A DNA stretch of 64,000 nucleotides from a virus, in the IMG/VR virus record IMGVR_UViG_3300027908_000003, positions 1 through 64,000 of that record; one strand, written 5' to 3'. The notes below the pieces were generated by a model that had not been told where the DNA came from, did not search any database, and was given only the letters and a program-made list of their open reading frames with translations. The stretch's first letter is position 1, and each line of letters starts with the position of its first letter. Shown piece after piece: positions 51,610-62,370 of the stretch. The position numbers were made by a program, and so were the translations under genes.

Positions 51610-54216
51610 TTATCCAGACTGATATGTAGCGTGCAATTCAGCGAGAGCACCTTTAGTAACTTTAACTTCCCATTTTGCCTTTGCCCTGCCTCTAAATGGA
51701 AATGCAATATCAACTCCTGCTACAGTTGGAGTCTCTTCTGCAAACTTATAAATTGGTTTGGTTTCAAGTAAAACTTCAAAAATAGTTGCTTCAGCTTTTG
51801 CTTTGATAGATAAATACACTGTAGTAGTTTCTGCTGGGAGTTCGTGTTCTTCATTCGCATTATAAGAAGTATATGATCCCGGTGTCCCTACAAGCGATCC
51901 AGATAATGATAATAATACCCATGTTGCTACACCATAATCTGTTTTTAGAAAAGTTACATTTTCTCCTTCTGACAATTCGATTGATGTTTTTCCGCCTAAG
52001 TATAGATTACCGCCTGTTTCAAACTTAGTTTTCGCAGTAGTAGCGCGAATCGTGATCGTCTCACCTGTACCATGAAATCCAAGTATTTGTTTGACAGTGC
52101 TTGCTGCACTTGTCAACACAACCTCGCGTTGACGATAAATCGTAAGCTTTTCTGTAGGAGCTAATGCATATGTAACATTATGACTTGACTTCGTTGCTTC
52201 AGCCGTTACAAGATCAATACCATTTACTCTTACGCTACCTCCCTGATTGAATGTAGTATCAACCCAGCGATCAGAATACGTCTGTGAATACCCATTAACC
52301 TCGCCAGTAGATTTTGTTTCATAGGCAGCTATATAACCTTCTCCATTACCACCCTTATAAAGACTTATAACGCCTCCACTAGTTAACCCATTTTCTTCTG
52401 CTGCATTGGATATTGTGATTGTAGAACCTTCACCTGTCACAATAGTATTGGGAGGTATTCCTGGAGCACTGATCTTTTCATTTAATAGCCATGTTTTCGT
52501 AGTGCCAGAAATTGAACTAGAACCAGCCGTTATAACTCCTTGCCCATTTACGGTGCCTTCTGTGGCACCAGTATAATGACAATCATGTAAATTAACCATT
52601 CTAGCACCATTGCGGACTCGCAAAACACGATTCTGATTCTCAAAATCAGTACCTATGAAATTAATAGTATATGCTCCAGCACCGCTTGATGCTCCTGACC
52701 CAGTAACAATAGCTTGCAAGTCTGCATTTTGGATCGCGCCACCTTGAAAAATCACCTCTACCGAAGAAAGAGTAGCCGGTGAAGCAACTGTTCCTGATAG
52801 TAAATATACATTGGTACCTTCCGCATGAGCCCATCGTAATGTTTCACCAGTTTCTAATATTACTTCTTTTCCAGTAATTTCTTTCACTGTATGAATCTCG
52901 TTAAAGGCTCCCTCACCAATACTAATAACCTTTGCTGCTTCTAGCCCAACAGGTATTGATTCTAAAGTGAATTTAGTACCAGCAACAGCAGATTCTGCTG
53001 TAATTTTCGATCCAAACAAATACTCAGTGCCAATCTCAATAGCAGTTCCAACGAATGATGTGCTAGTTCCATTGAAGGTGCATGATTGATCAAAAAAGAA
53101 CTTTGCACACTGTCCAGTCATCTTTAAATTCCTGCTTGTTAATGCTTGAGCGCCAGTATTAGCTCTATACGAAAGAATATTTTTAAATGACAAGAATTGA
53201 TGCGGGTTATTGTGATTTGTTGCTCCTCCGCGCCACCACATAGCGTTACGTTGAACAGGGAAACCACTAGTACCAAGAACAAGATTTTCAAAATTACAGT
53301 TCCAAACACCACCTTGACTTGATAGTTCTTGCGCATACATATAAAAAATATCCTGTTCAGGATTACCTGCACACTTAAAAGCAATATTCTTCCAACTAGC
53401 ATTCTGAACAACTCCTGGATTAAGCATAACCATACCAGAATTAGAAGATCCAGAAACAGCCTTAAGTCTCGTGCCAATAAGATTGTTTTGTGAACGCCCT
53501 TCCCAACTAACTCCAGTTTCCCATATCAAACCATCAACTACATATTCTTTAGAAGACAATCTAACTATTCCACCACCACCAGCGGCTACAGCTTCACTAG
53601 CTTTCTGAAAAGCAACCGTATCATTTGTTACTCCGTTGCCTACAGCACCATATTCCTCTGGCCGTACACCATAATCTCCAGTCGCACTTCTAACAACAAC
53701 TGCTGTAGTCTGACGTTCTTCCCATACTTGAGCAGTAGTACCAATTATAACAGATCCAGTTGTACTTAAAATCCATTCCGATCCCTTATATTTTTCTCCA
53801 GAAATAACATCAACTGTACGTGATTTTACAGATATACCTACCGCAAATTCTGTAGGTCTTGTCCAAGCTGTAGTAGATTGATTCCATAAACCATTATTTT
53901 TTGATTCTGTCTGGGCAGTTAACAAAACAAGCTTTAATTCTTCTTCGCCTGCTCCAGGTGTAATCCCATCAATAGCTTGCAACCCAGATAAAGTAGAAAT
54001 ATTGGTGGTTGCAACAGCAAGAACGGGAGTTAGAGAAGGAATATGAATATTTGCCCTGCTGCTACCAGCATCGGCCACATCTTCTAAGTTTTTTTGTTTA
54101 GATAGCTTTAAATTCGATTCAGCCAGCGCTTCTTCTATCCCTAATTCCTCATTGTTAAAACGGGCAGCCACGGCTTTAGTGACATTTTCTACCCATGTGT
54201 ATTTAGACCAAGCCAT
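51610..54216 (-). CDS. tailspike / tail fiber with a pectate-lyase-like beta-helix
   Basis: 868 aa. PEEYGAVGNGVTNDTVAFQKASEAVAAGGGGIVRLSSKEYVV matches the Pectate_lyase_3 N-terminal motif (GA.GDG.tDDT.A.Q.A). Confidence 0.65.
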   Translation of the reverse strand: MAWSKYTWVENVTKAVAARFNNEELGIEEALAESNLKLSKQKNLEDVADAGSSRANIHIPSLTPVLAVATTNISTLSGLQAIDGITPGAGEEELKLVLLTAQTESKNNGLWNQSTTAWTRPTEFAVGISVKSRTVDVISGEKYKGSEWILSTTGSVIIGTTAQVWEERQTTAVVVRSATGDYGVRPEEYGAVGNGVTNDTVAFQKASEAVAAGGGGIVRLSSKEYVVDGLIWETGVSWEGRSQNNLIGTRLKAVSGSSNSGMVMLNPGVVQNASWKNIAFKCAGNPEQDIFYMYAQELSSQGGVWNCNFENLVLGTSGFPVQRNAMWWRGGATNHNNPHQFLSFKNILSYRANTGAQALTSRNLKMTGQCAKFFFDQSCTFNGTSTSFVGTAIEIGTEYLFGSKITAESAVAGTKFTLESIPVGLEAAKVISIGEGAFNEIHTVKEITGKEVILETGETLRWAHAEGTNVYLLSGTVASPATLSSVEVIFQGGAIQNADLQAIVTGSGASSGAGAYTINFIGTDFENQNRVLRVRNGARMVNLHDCHYTGATEGTVNGQGVITAGSSSISGTTKTWLLNEKISAPGIPPNTIVTGEGSTITISNAAEENGLTSGGVISLYKGGNGEGYIAAYETKSTGEVNGYSQTYSDRWVDTTFNQGGSVRVNGIDLVTAEATKSSHNVTYALAPTEKLTIYRQREVVLTSAASTVKQILGFHGTGETITIRATTAKTKFETGGNLYLGGKTSIELSEGENVTFLKTDYGVATWVLLSLSGSLVGTPGSYTSYNANEEHELPAETTTVYLSIKAKAEATIFEVLLETKPIYKFAEETPTVAGVDIAFPFRGRAKAKWEVKVTKGALAELHATYQSG

Positions 54217-54426
54217 GAATACCTTTCTTAATTATTCTTTACCGGGGATAATACCTTGGCCGAAATCTGCCCTGTAATTTAATTCTTAGATTCCATAGGA
54301 ATATTCTGTTCTTTCAATAATTCTTTAATATTTACAGGATAATTCTTCTTTTTAGGGTGTATCGGATGTAATAAGTTAACAATCTTTTTACTATGTTCCT
54401 TAAACATTATTTTCTCCTAATAGCTT

Positions 54427-57400
54427 TTAACCCATTGAAGGTGTTGTACCGATATGATAAGAGAGTTGCTCTCCTAATAATGCAGGATCAAGCTTCTCTA
54501 CAGGATGCGTGAGATTCAGTGTACCGATTGCTGGACCTCCGCGCGAGGGTCCTGCCGCTGCTTCACCGTATTTAGGCATTTCTGTAGGGGCTGAACCGGC
54601 GGGGAGAACAGAGGAATACTGAGGTAATAGATTTCCCATTCCGCCGAAAAATGCCCCCCGGAAATTCTGCCAAGCAGTAGTGGACCAAGTTTGAGGTTGA
54701 TTTAGTTGACCATTTAGCTTAGCAATTTCTTCACTATTTTTCAAGATAGCAGTTGAGTTTCCCTCCACAGCAGAAAGCCATTTATTCAAACTAGCTTTTT
54801 CTCCTTCAGTACCGCTAGTCTCAACTTTAGAAATAATTGATTGAGCTTCAGCAGACGACAAATATTGAAGTAATGATTGTGGTGTCAGACCTTCTGTCTT
54901 AAATCCAAATTCATTACCAGTCTTCTCATATTCAGATTGAGCACCTTCTCTAGTAGATCTTTCTGACTTCACCGCGCCAAGCTCGCCGCTAACATTGACA
55001 TATCCAGTAGTTGATCCTAATATTTCATAAGCTTGTTTTAGACTTCCAGCGATTCCTGTCTTTACTCCCTCATTATTAGCAATCTGATTCAGTACTAATT
55101 CTCTAATAACATTTTTATTTTCTATCAAAGCAAGATTATTTTCTTTTATTTCTGCAGTGTTCTTATTCAATTCCTCAGTCAAAGAAATTACAGCAGAAGT
55201 ATCACCTTTCTCTTCAGCCTGTCTCTTAAGAGCCTCCTCAGCTGATTTTGTAGAAAGCAAACTAATATTTTTGCTTTCTAAAGCTTGTTTTTCAAGATAG
55301 CCAGATTCAGAATATTTACCTTCCTGAGCAGCAACTTTCGACAACGATTGCAAAAGAGAAGTTTTTGATTCTGCTAAGCCAGATTCGCGTTGAATAAGAG
55401 TTTGAGCATTTGTAATATTTTCTACAATAGCATTAGTAATAGCCTGCCGCAGATTTGTCATTTCTTGTTTCAAAGTAGCCTGAAGTTCTGTATTACCAAG
55501 TCTTTCAGCTTCCTTTAATAACGGTGCAAGACTATTCAATTGAGATTCAGCAGACTGTTTTATTTGCTGCTCAAGTCCACCGACTGCACCAAGATTACCT
55601 AGTTGCTGAGCACTACTAATTGAAGTCTGCTGTTCTTGAGAAATAGTCTGATAAGCATTATTAGCTTCAGTAATTTTATCTTGTAAAGTTTGTACCTCTA
55701 CTTGATATCTTTCTTCAATATTTGTTACAGCTAATTCAGCTAATTCTTTCTGTTTCTTTACAAGAGAGTTATACTCAGCTTTAAACATAGCAGTAGCAGT
55801 CTTACTTTTACTATGTTTTATATCTTCTTTTATTTTAGCTTTATCATTATTCAAAGATTGCTGTTCTTTTTCTAGATAAATATTTTCTTCTCTAAGAGCT
55901 TTAAATCTTTCCTCAGATATTTTAGTTTCTCCACCAGCTCCAAGCGCAACAGTTCCCTGATTGCCACTAGATTTAAATCCTTTTCCAGAACTAATAAATT
56001 TACCAGTTTCTACATACTCTCTACTAACTGCACTTTTAGAAAGTTTAGATTTGAGATATTCTCTACCTTCATTCATTGCTTCAAAAGCTTTTTCTATATT
56101 TTCAAAGAAAGATAAAATCTCTGATTTATACTTCTCAGGAGTTTTCTCTTTTCCGATCTTTGAGAATCCTTCAGCAATAGCTTTAATAACTTTAATCAAA
56201 GAATTGATACTACCAATTTCACCAGCATTAATTCCCAAGGCAGAAATGCCGGGAAGAGATAGGGTAGAAGAAGCGCTACCAGAAATAGGTTGAGCCTTAT
56301 GTCCTACTACTACAGGGCCACCATCGGCGAAAGATTGCCGGGGAGAAGAGTCATAACCAAGATGATGATCTAACCCTCCCGGCGAAGTTCCTGCCAGTCG
56401 AGCAGTCTCACGATACTGAGAGGGATTCATAATTCTCTCTCCCTCATGAGCAATAATCGGTACTGGTGAACCTCCCCACGGCGCGCGCCCGCCCGTAGCA
56501 AATTTAAGTATTTTCTTACGAAGATGTCTAACAGCTAATCTTCTTACTTGATCACCAATTACTCCACCAGTTGCAAAAGCTTTTCCAATTAATCCACCAA
56601 TATCATACCATCCAAAACTTTCCTCATGTGCTAAAGCTCCACTAGGGGTACCATAATCATTAGCTATATACTGAGCCATTGCCTCAATTTGCTTATCAGG
56701 ATTAGAAGAATCAGCACCGTACTTAGAATACTCAGTATAAGTTCCTCCCAAGAATTGACCAAGTCCGTATGCTCTAGACAGACCTTTAGCATCACTGCCA
56801 GGAATAGTAGGAGAGCCAAGAGCTTTAGGGTTTCCACCACTCTCTCTATTAATTACATTACGCCAAGCAGCAATACTCCAATGTTTTGCTCTAGCAATCT
56901 GTTCCATAATCTGAACCCATGAACCAGTCCAAGCAGTGCCGATTGTTCCAGCAGGACCAGAAATAGAGCTAGTAAGCTTTCCTGCAGCACTACTTATTTG
57001 CGCATGCAAACCTTGTAATTTACTCAGATATGTATTAGCACCGATTGCATCAATATCTAGAGAGGCTTGTCCAACTCTACCAACAGAGCTTCCGCCAACC
57101 AATCTAGGAGCTTTGATTTCTCCACCTTCAGCCATGTGCGGCGCAGCGCGAAAATATTGACCAAGAATTTGTCTAGATCTAGTTGCATGAGCAGGATCAG
57201 TTGAAAGAATCGCCTCACCATGACCAGCCTCAGCAACTATTGCATGATGGCCACCAGCAGTAGGAGGTATATATGCACCAGCAGCATGCTGTTGACCAGA
57301 TAGATTTTCCTTACTCCCAACACTATGCTTATTTAGATGATTACCAAGATCGCCTTCAATTTCAGAAGGCTTTACACCATATTTATCAAGAGCTTGTGAT

Positions 57401-60400
57401 ACAAGTTTCTTAATTCTGTCCATACCTATCGAGGTAGACATAGCGCCTTTTTCAATCGATTCTTCAATTTTTTTCTGAGCCTCGGCGAAGTTCGCAGTTA
57501 TTGCTTCCTTACCTTTTTTAGAGCTATCTCCGAGATTTTCTCTAATAGCTTCAAGATTTTCTTTCATTACATTTTTAATATTCATCCAGATACGACCAGT
57601 TGAAACACTAACTGATTCAAAGCTTTTAGCAACTTCAGAAACAACAGGACTTACCTTCTTTAGATTTTCAACCATTGATTCGGTCAGTTCTTTGAACGAC
57701 CTCTTCATCGGATTGAATTCTTCAGCTATTTTTGCAAGCTGATTTTTATATTCTCCAAGCGCAGGGTTTCGTGCAAGCTCAGTAGCTTCTTTAGAGATTT
57801 TTTCAAATACATCTCCACCAGCAAATTTATCGGAGCTAACTTCTTTTACCTCAATACCAAATTTAGTAATTTCTGCATTAGCCCTACTTTTATAGTCCTC
57901 ACGTTCTGTCGGAAGACCCTTATACTTATTTTCTCCGGGAGTAGTTGCATTTATTAACTCTCCTAGTCCTGCTATCCCCGCGACTCCGGCCCCTGCAATT
58001 CCCAAAGTACCTAACCCTGCTCCACCTATTCCGCCGAGCCCAAGCCGCGCGAGAAGCCCCCCAATAATTCCTGAGCCGCCTGCTCCCTCGGCCACACCAC
58101 CTGCCACTCCTGCAGCTCCAGCTCCGGCCTCAGCGGTTCCTAACTCAGCCTGTGCAGCAGTGTCAGCCTCAGCAGCACCAGCGCCGATAGTCTCAGCAGT
58201 ACCCAAATCCTCTACAGCAACTTTTGCACCAGCAGCTTTCAATCTCACATTCTCAAACACATCAGCCATTGCAGACCAAGCTTGTCTGAAACTCCCAGTG
58301 CTTTTCATAACTGTCATAAATGTCCACAAAGCTTTAAGACTTGTATAAAGTGTTTTAACAGGACCAACTATCCTAGTTAAGATCTCAAGCCCAGCAAAAG
58401 CTGCTACTAAACCAATAAGAATATCTTTAGCTCCTGGTATATCATCAATCAATTTCATTACAGTTCTAGTGAACAATCCAAGAACTTCTACAGCTAAACG
58501 CACAGCAGGAAGAAGAATCTGCTGAATAAACGAGCTAAATACTTTCAAAGACTCTAAACTAAATACTTGTAGAAGTGATTTTCCAACACCAAATAGAAGC
58601 TGTCCAATTACCTCAAGACCTTCTCTAGCTTCCTTGAAGAACTTAGTTACCTCTGGACCATGAGATTTAACCCATTCAGTAGCACTTTTAACAGCTTCAG
58701 TAAAACTACTTACAGTTGATATACCTTGAGGCGCAGCATCATGACCTATTTCTCTAAATAAGTCATATATCGCTACGCCAAGTTTGCCAAATTTTTCTGC
58801 ATATTCAGCACCTTTGTTAAAGAATTCTTCTAGTCGAGTAAGCCCCTGAGCAGAAGAATCTTTTTTATCAAGAGATGCCCAGAAATTATCCCATGATTCA
58901 CTAAGTTTGTGGAATGCTGGATCTGCAGCTTTAGCAATATCCTCAAACAAGTGCATAAGGTGTTCAATAGCTTCAACAACAATCGGAATATTCTGGCTAG
59001 CATCTTTAGCCATCTGCTCAAAGAAGCTTGTACCTTTAGGACCATAAGTAGCTTTCTCAAGCTTCCCAAGTCCAGCACCCATCGACTTTGCTAATTCATC
59101 AATCGGTTCAAGAAATGAAGTATTTTTAAGAAGTCCTCTAATATGCTCAACTGCATCTGTAAATGGTTCTACAAAATAATCAGTTATTTTCTTCAACGGT
59201 GAATCAGGAGATTTGAGTTCTTTCTCTATACCAATCAGGGATTCAGTTAAACCAAGCTCAGTAGGAGACATTCCTTTTTTCAGGAATTTCAACTGAGATT
59301 CATAAGTTGTTTCTTTAGATGATCTAGCAGCCTCTTGAAGTTTTGTTATCTGCTCTTGTCTTTCGGCCGCTTCTCCTGCCTGTTTTGCTTGAAGTACTGC
59401 TACTTTCGCGCCTTCTAACCCCTCTACTGCACTTATTACTGAAGGTGCTCCACTTACTCCACGTTGCCGGGCAAGACGTGCTTCTCTAGACGCTTTAGGT
59501 ATTTCATACTCTGCTTTTCTTTTACTTAGTTCTGCCTCCTTTACCGCCAATTCCGCCTGCTGAATTCCAGCAGAATCACCTTTCTGAATCGCAATAGTAA
59601 GAGCACGTCTAGATTCAGCAAGAGAAAGATTCGCGCCTTCAGCCTCAAGTCGAGCATTTTTTTCAGCAAGAGACAGTTCAGTTATTTGACGTTGCGCTGT
59701 ATAGCGAGCTTCAGTTAACTGAATTTGTGAATCTCTTACTCTCTGCTGTGCCTCATAAAGTTGAATAGATGAATTAGAAAGCTGCTGCTGAGCACTAATT
59801 AACTGACTTATATTTTGTAACTGGGTTACTTGCTTTTCAGTCGGATCATAGAAGTGCTGCTGTTCTGCTTGCCCGGCAACAGAAACAGCTTGAAGTATAT
59901 TTTTAAATCTCTCAAGTGAAGCAATTACAATTGAAATCATTGGGATTGCTTGACCCAAGCCAGATATAAACACTCCACCTAAAGCTACTCCTGCTTGCAC
60001 AGCAGCAGATGCGACCGAAATAAGTCCCCCAGCTAAAGAAGCAATACCAGTAATTAACTGCTGAGAAAGACCAATTTTTGCAAGATCAAAGAACCCTCTA
60101 AGGAAAGAAGATACTCCAGTTATACGAACTCCAAGATCATCAAATTTAGTACTAAGCGCTTCTAGTCCTTCTCCAATATCTCCCCGACTGATAGCTCTTA
60201 AACCGCTTAACCCCCCAGTTGACTCAACAAAAGCATTTTTTGCTTTTTTAGAAGCCTCCTCTGCTTTTGTTCCCCATTCAAGAGCATCTTGTCCGCCAAG
60301 CTCAAACTGTTTGCTAAGCGATGAAAACTCACTAGCAAAATCTCTATATCCTCTTTTTACCTCATCCTCACTAGCCGCACCAGATCTTACAGTTTTATTC

Positions 60401-61215
60401 CAGTCATCATAAGCAACAGTAGCTGTAGATATTCTTGTCTCAAGCTCGCGTTTAGCATTTGCTGCTGCTTCGTCTGCTTTCTTTTGAGCAACTATTGCAG
60501 CAGTATCTACTATAGTCGGTTGTCTAGAAGCAGGTACTAATTTCTGTAACCTGTCAACCTCAGCGTGCATTCGCGCTGCTTCAACAAATCCCTCTTCAGC
60601 CTTCTTAATTGCGTCAGTTTTAAGAGACTCTTCGCCCTCTTTTCTAGCAGTTGCAAACCTAGAATAAGAATTAGATATAGATTTTATTTGTCTATCTAAA
60701 TCTGCATATGCTTCACGCTGCTTATTTAATCCATTAACATCATCTGGGAGAAATGATTTTTCTCCTAATTCATCTCTGCGCTCTGCCAGAGACTTCATTC
60801 TTGTATCTAAATCTTTAAGCGATTCTCCTGTTTTATCAGATTCTTTTCTAACTTTTGCTAAAGCCTCTACTACCTCTTGATGGCCCCTTGCGCTACTACT
60901 TGCACTTTCTCCAGCTTTTGCATGAGATTTGCCAACTCTATCTATTTTTTCTGCTGCATTCTCTGCTGCTCTACCAGAATCTTTAGTTACTCTCGCGCCA
61001 CGTTCCTCCTCAGTACGTCTAGCAGCATGCTTCTGTCTAGCCTTCTCTGACTCGTCTCCAGTATCTTTAATCGCATTACCTAAATCCTTCTCTGCGCTCT
61101 GAGCATCCTGAGATGCCTTTAAAGAATTTATCTCAGCCTTCAGTTTAGCAATGCCTGGAGAAGCATCATCGCGTAATTTCGCGACAATCTCCAAAATGTA
61201 GTCAATATCGGCCAT
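54427..61215 (-). CDS. tape measure protein with an embedded lytic transglycosylase-like motif
   Basis: 2262 aa, long coiled-coil and Ala/Gln-rich. Has a Gly/Ala-rich hydrophobic block and RESGGNPKA...AYGLGQF...Y (SLT-like). Lies directly downstream of the frameshifted chaperone pair. Confidence 0.85.
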   Translation of the reverse strand: MADIDYILEIVAKLRDDASPGIAKLKAEINSLKASQDAQSAEKDLGNAIKDTGDESEKARQKHAARRTEEERGARVTKDSGRAAENAAEKIDRVGKSHAKAGESASSSARGHQEVVEALAKVRKESDKTGESLKDLDTRMKSLAERRDELGEKSFLPDDVNGLNKQREAYADLDRQIKSISNSYSRFATARKEGEESLKTDAIKKAEEGFVEAARMHAEVDRLQKLVPASRQPTIVDTAAIVAQKKADEAAANAKRELETRISTATVAYDDWNKTVRSGAASEDEVKRGYRDFASEFSSLSKQFELGGQDALEWGTKAEEASKKAKNAFVESTGGLSGLRAISRGDIGEGLEALSTKFDDLGVRITGVSSFLRGFFDLAKIGLSQQLITGIASLAGGLISVASAAVQAGVALGGVFISGLGQAIPMISIVIASLERFKNILQAVSVAGQAEQQHFYDPTEKQVTQLQNISQLISAQQQLSNSSIQLYEAQQRVRDSQIQLTEARYTAQRQITELSLAEKNARLEAEGANLSLAESRRALTIAIQKGDSAGIQQAELAVKEAELSKRKAEYEIPKASREARLARQRGVSGAPSVISAVEGLEGAKVAVLQAKQAGEAAERQEQITKLQEAARSSKETTYESQLKFLKKGMSPTELGLTESLIGIEKELKSPDSPLKKITDYFVEPFTDAVEHIRGLLKNTSFLEPIDELAKSMGAGLGKLEKATYGPKGTSFFEQMAKDASQNIPIVVEAIEHLMHLFEDIAKAADPAFHKLSESWDNFWASLDKKDSSAQGLTRLEEFFNKGAEYAEKFGKLGVAIYDLFREIGHDAAPQGISTVSSFTEAVKSATEWVKSHGPEVTKFFKEAREGLEVIGQLLFGVGKSLLQVFSLESLKVFSSFIQQILLPAVRLAVEVLGLFTRTVMKLIDDIPGAKDILIGLVAAFAGLEILTRIVGPVKTLYTSLKALWTFMTVMKSTGSFRQAWSAMADVFENVRLKAAGAKVAVEDLGTAETIGAGAAEADTAAQAELGTAEAGAGAAGVAGGVAEGAGGSGIIGGLLARLGLGGIGGAGLGTLGIAGAGVAGIAGLGELINATTPGENKYKGLPTEREDYKSRANAEITKFGIEVKEVSSDKFAGGDVFEKISKEATELARNPALGEYKNQLAKIAEEFNPMKRSFKELTESMVENLKKVSPVVSEVAKSFESVSVSTGRIWMNIKNVMKENLEAIRENLGDSSKKGKEAITANFAEAQKKIEESIEKGAMSTSIGMDRIKKLVSQALDKYGVKPSEIEGDLGNHLNKHSVGSKENLSGQQHAAGAYIPPTAGGHHAIVAEAGHGEAILSTDPAHATRSRQILGQYFRAAPHMAEGGEIKAPRLVGGSSVGRVGQASLDIDAIGANTYLSKLQGLHAQISSAAGKLTSSISGPAGTIGTAWTGSWVQIMEQIARAKHWSIAAWRNVINRESGGNPKALGSPTIPGSDAKGLSRAYGLGQFLGGTYTEYSKYGADSSNPDKQIEAMAQYIANDYGTPSGALAHEESFGWYDIGGLIGKAFATGGVIGDQVRRLAVRHLRKKILKFATGGRAPWGGSPVPIIAHEGERIMNPSQYRETARLAGTSPGGLDHHLGYDSSPRQSFADGGPVVVGHKAQPISGSASSTLSLPGISALGINAGEIGSINSLIKVIKAIAEGFSKIGKEKTPEKYKSEILSFFENIEKAFEAMNEGREYLKSKLSKSAVSREYVETGKFISSGKGFKSSGNQGTVALGAGGETKISEERFKALREENIYLEKEQQSLNNDKAKIKEDIKHSKSKTATAMFKAEYNSLVKKQKELAELAVTNIEERYQVEVQTLQDKITEANNAYQTISQEQQTSISSAQQLGNLGAVGGLEQQIKQSAESQLNSLAPLLKEAERLGNTELQATLKQEMTNLRQAITNAIVENITNAQTLIQRESGLAESKTSLLQSLSKVAAQEGKYSESGYLEKQALESKNISLLSTKSAEEALKRQAEEKGDTSAVISLTEELNKNTAEIKENNLALIENKNVIRELVLNQIANNEGVKTGIAGSLKQAYEILGSTTGYVNVSGELGAVKSERSTREGAQSEYEKTGNEFGFKTEGLTPQSLLQYLSSAEAQSIISKVETSGTEGEKASLNKWLSAVEGNSTAILKNSEEIAKLNGQLNQPQTWSTTAWQNFRGAFFGGMGNLLPQYSSVLPAGSAPTEMPKYGEAAAGPSRGGPAIGTLNLTHPVEKLDPALLGEQLSYHIGTTPSMG

Positions 61216-61228
61216 ATACTTTTTTAGT

Positions 61229-61549
61229 CTATTCTAGTGAATCTAGAATATTATCCTCGTTTGGCATTTTCGCTGGAGTAATTCTTTCTAAGTTACGTTT
61301 GCCAGCTCTTAAGAATGGATCAGCATCCTCAAGGGCTTTCATTTCTTTATTCTCACGATCAGCTTTTTTCGGGTCCCAAACTATATCCTTCAATAACTCG
61401 TAATAATTTTCTACACTTTCTATTGCTTCTTCTTGATCTCCAGCTTCCTTCCATTCAGTAACTCCCTGTAAAGCAGAAACATGCAAATTCTTTCGCTTCT
61501 CAATTTCATCTACTGCATTTCTCTTCTGCCAAGCTCCAAAAGCCTTCAT
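61229..61549 (-). CDS. tail assembly chaperone, T portion (expressed by -1 frameshift from the upstream ORF)
   Basis: This frame stays open upstream of its first ATG through the stop of ORF 61633-62337 and back to the slippery site. Verified codon by codon. Confidence 0.65.
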   Translation of the reverse strand: MKAFGAWQKRNAVDEIEKRKNLHVSALQGVTEWKEAGDQEEAIESVENYYELLKDIVWDPKKADRENKEMKALEDADPFLRAGKRNLERITPAKMPNEDNILDSLE

Positions 61550-61632
61550 GAATCTTCTGTATGGCCACTCTAATAACTCCTCGAAAGTCTCCGAATGAAA
61601 GCTTGAATAAGCCTCTAGTGCCTCTAGTGATG

Positions 61633-62337
61633 TTAGTCTTCGCTGAGATTTACTCTCTTGCGCATCTTCTGCACGACGTTTTTGACCCTCGCGTACCGCT
61701 TTAAAAAACCATTAAGCTCATCATAGTTTTGTTCAATGAATATCTCAAGCATTTCCTCACCAGCATCCATTGACATTCCTCCCTCATCTACTGGTCGAGA
61801 CCAAATATCAATTAACAATCCCCTCTCACTGCGCGGAACTCTCAGCCAAATACACTGAGCTTCCCCCATAAGATCAGGAACATACTCAGCTAATTTTGCA
61901 ATTCCTTGAATAATAGGATCAATTAAATCACTACCAGTATCAGCTAATGATATTTTGCCCTCACTATATTCAAGTGGGAGGCTAGCGCCGCCGGGGGTAA
62001 GCTTATCTAGAGATAACCCATCTGGACCTCTCATTGCCTCTGCTAACTTGCGCCCGATTAGCCCTGTAAATTCTCCAAAGGCATGATAAGAAAGAGGTTT
62101 CTGAATATAAGTTCTTTTGAAAATCTCAGTTTTCATCTCTCCGCGAAAGTTAATGTCATACTCAGCCTCAAAAGTCCAGTCTTTATGACCAACTACCTTT
62201 TCAATATCATCCTCATCAGTTGCAACGGTATTCTCTGGCACAACGGGAGCACCTAATTTCTCAGCAAGAATCTCCTGAGCTTTTTTCTCATCATTCTGTA
62301 TATCATCCATTAACTTCATTGTAGGACTGTCTGCCAT
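61633..62337 (-). CDS. tail assembly chaperone (G-like)
   Basis: 234-aa acidic protein immediately upstream of the T portion and the TMP, with the slippery site near its 3' end. Confidence 0.65.
   Translation of the reverse strand: MADSPTMKLMDDIQNDEKKAQEILAEKLGAPVVPENTVATDEDDIEKVVGHKDWTFEAEYDINFRGEMKTEIFKRTYIQKPLSYHAFGEFTGLIGRKLAEAMRGPDGLSLDKLTPGGASLPLEYSEGKISLADTGSDLIDPIIQGIAKLAEYVPDLMGEAQCIWLRVPRSERGLLIDIWSRPVDEGGMSMDAGEEMLEIFIEQNYDELNGFLKRYARVKNVVQKMRKRVNLSED
61702..61708 (-). promoter_or_regulatory. -1 programmed ribosomal frameshift slippery heptamer T_TTT_TTA
   Basis: The zero frame reads GGT TTT TTA AAG. The -1 frame has no stop from here to 61229. Sits at the canonical position upstream of the tape measure gene. 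Confidence 0.65.
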
Positions 62338-62370
62338 TACTATACCTTTCTTGTATCGATATCTAATCGA

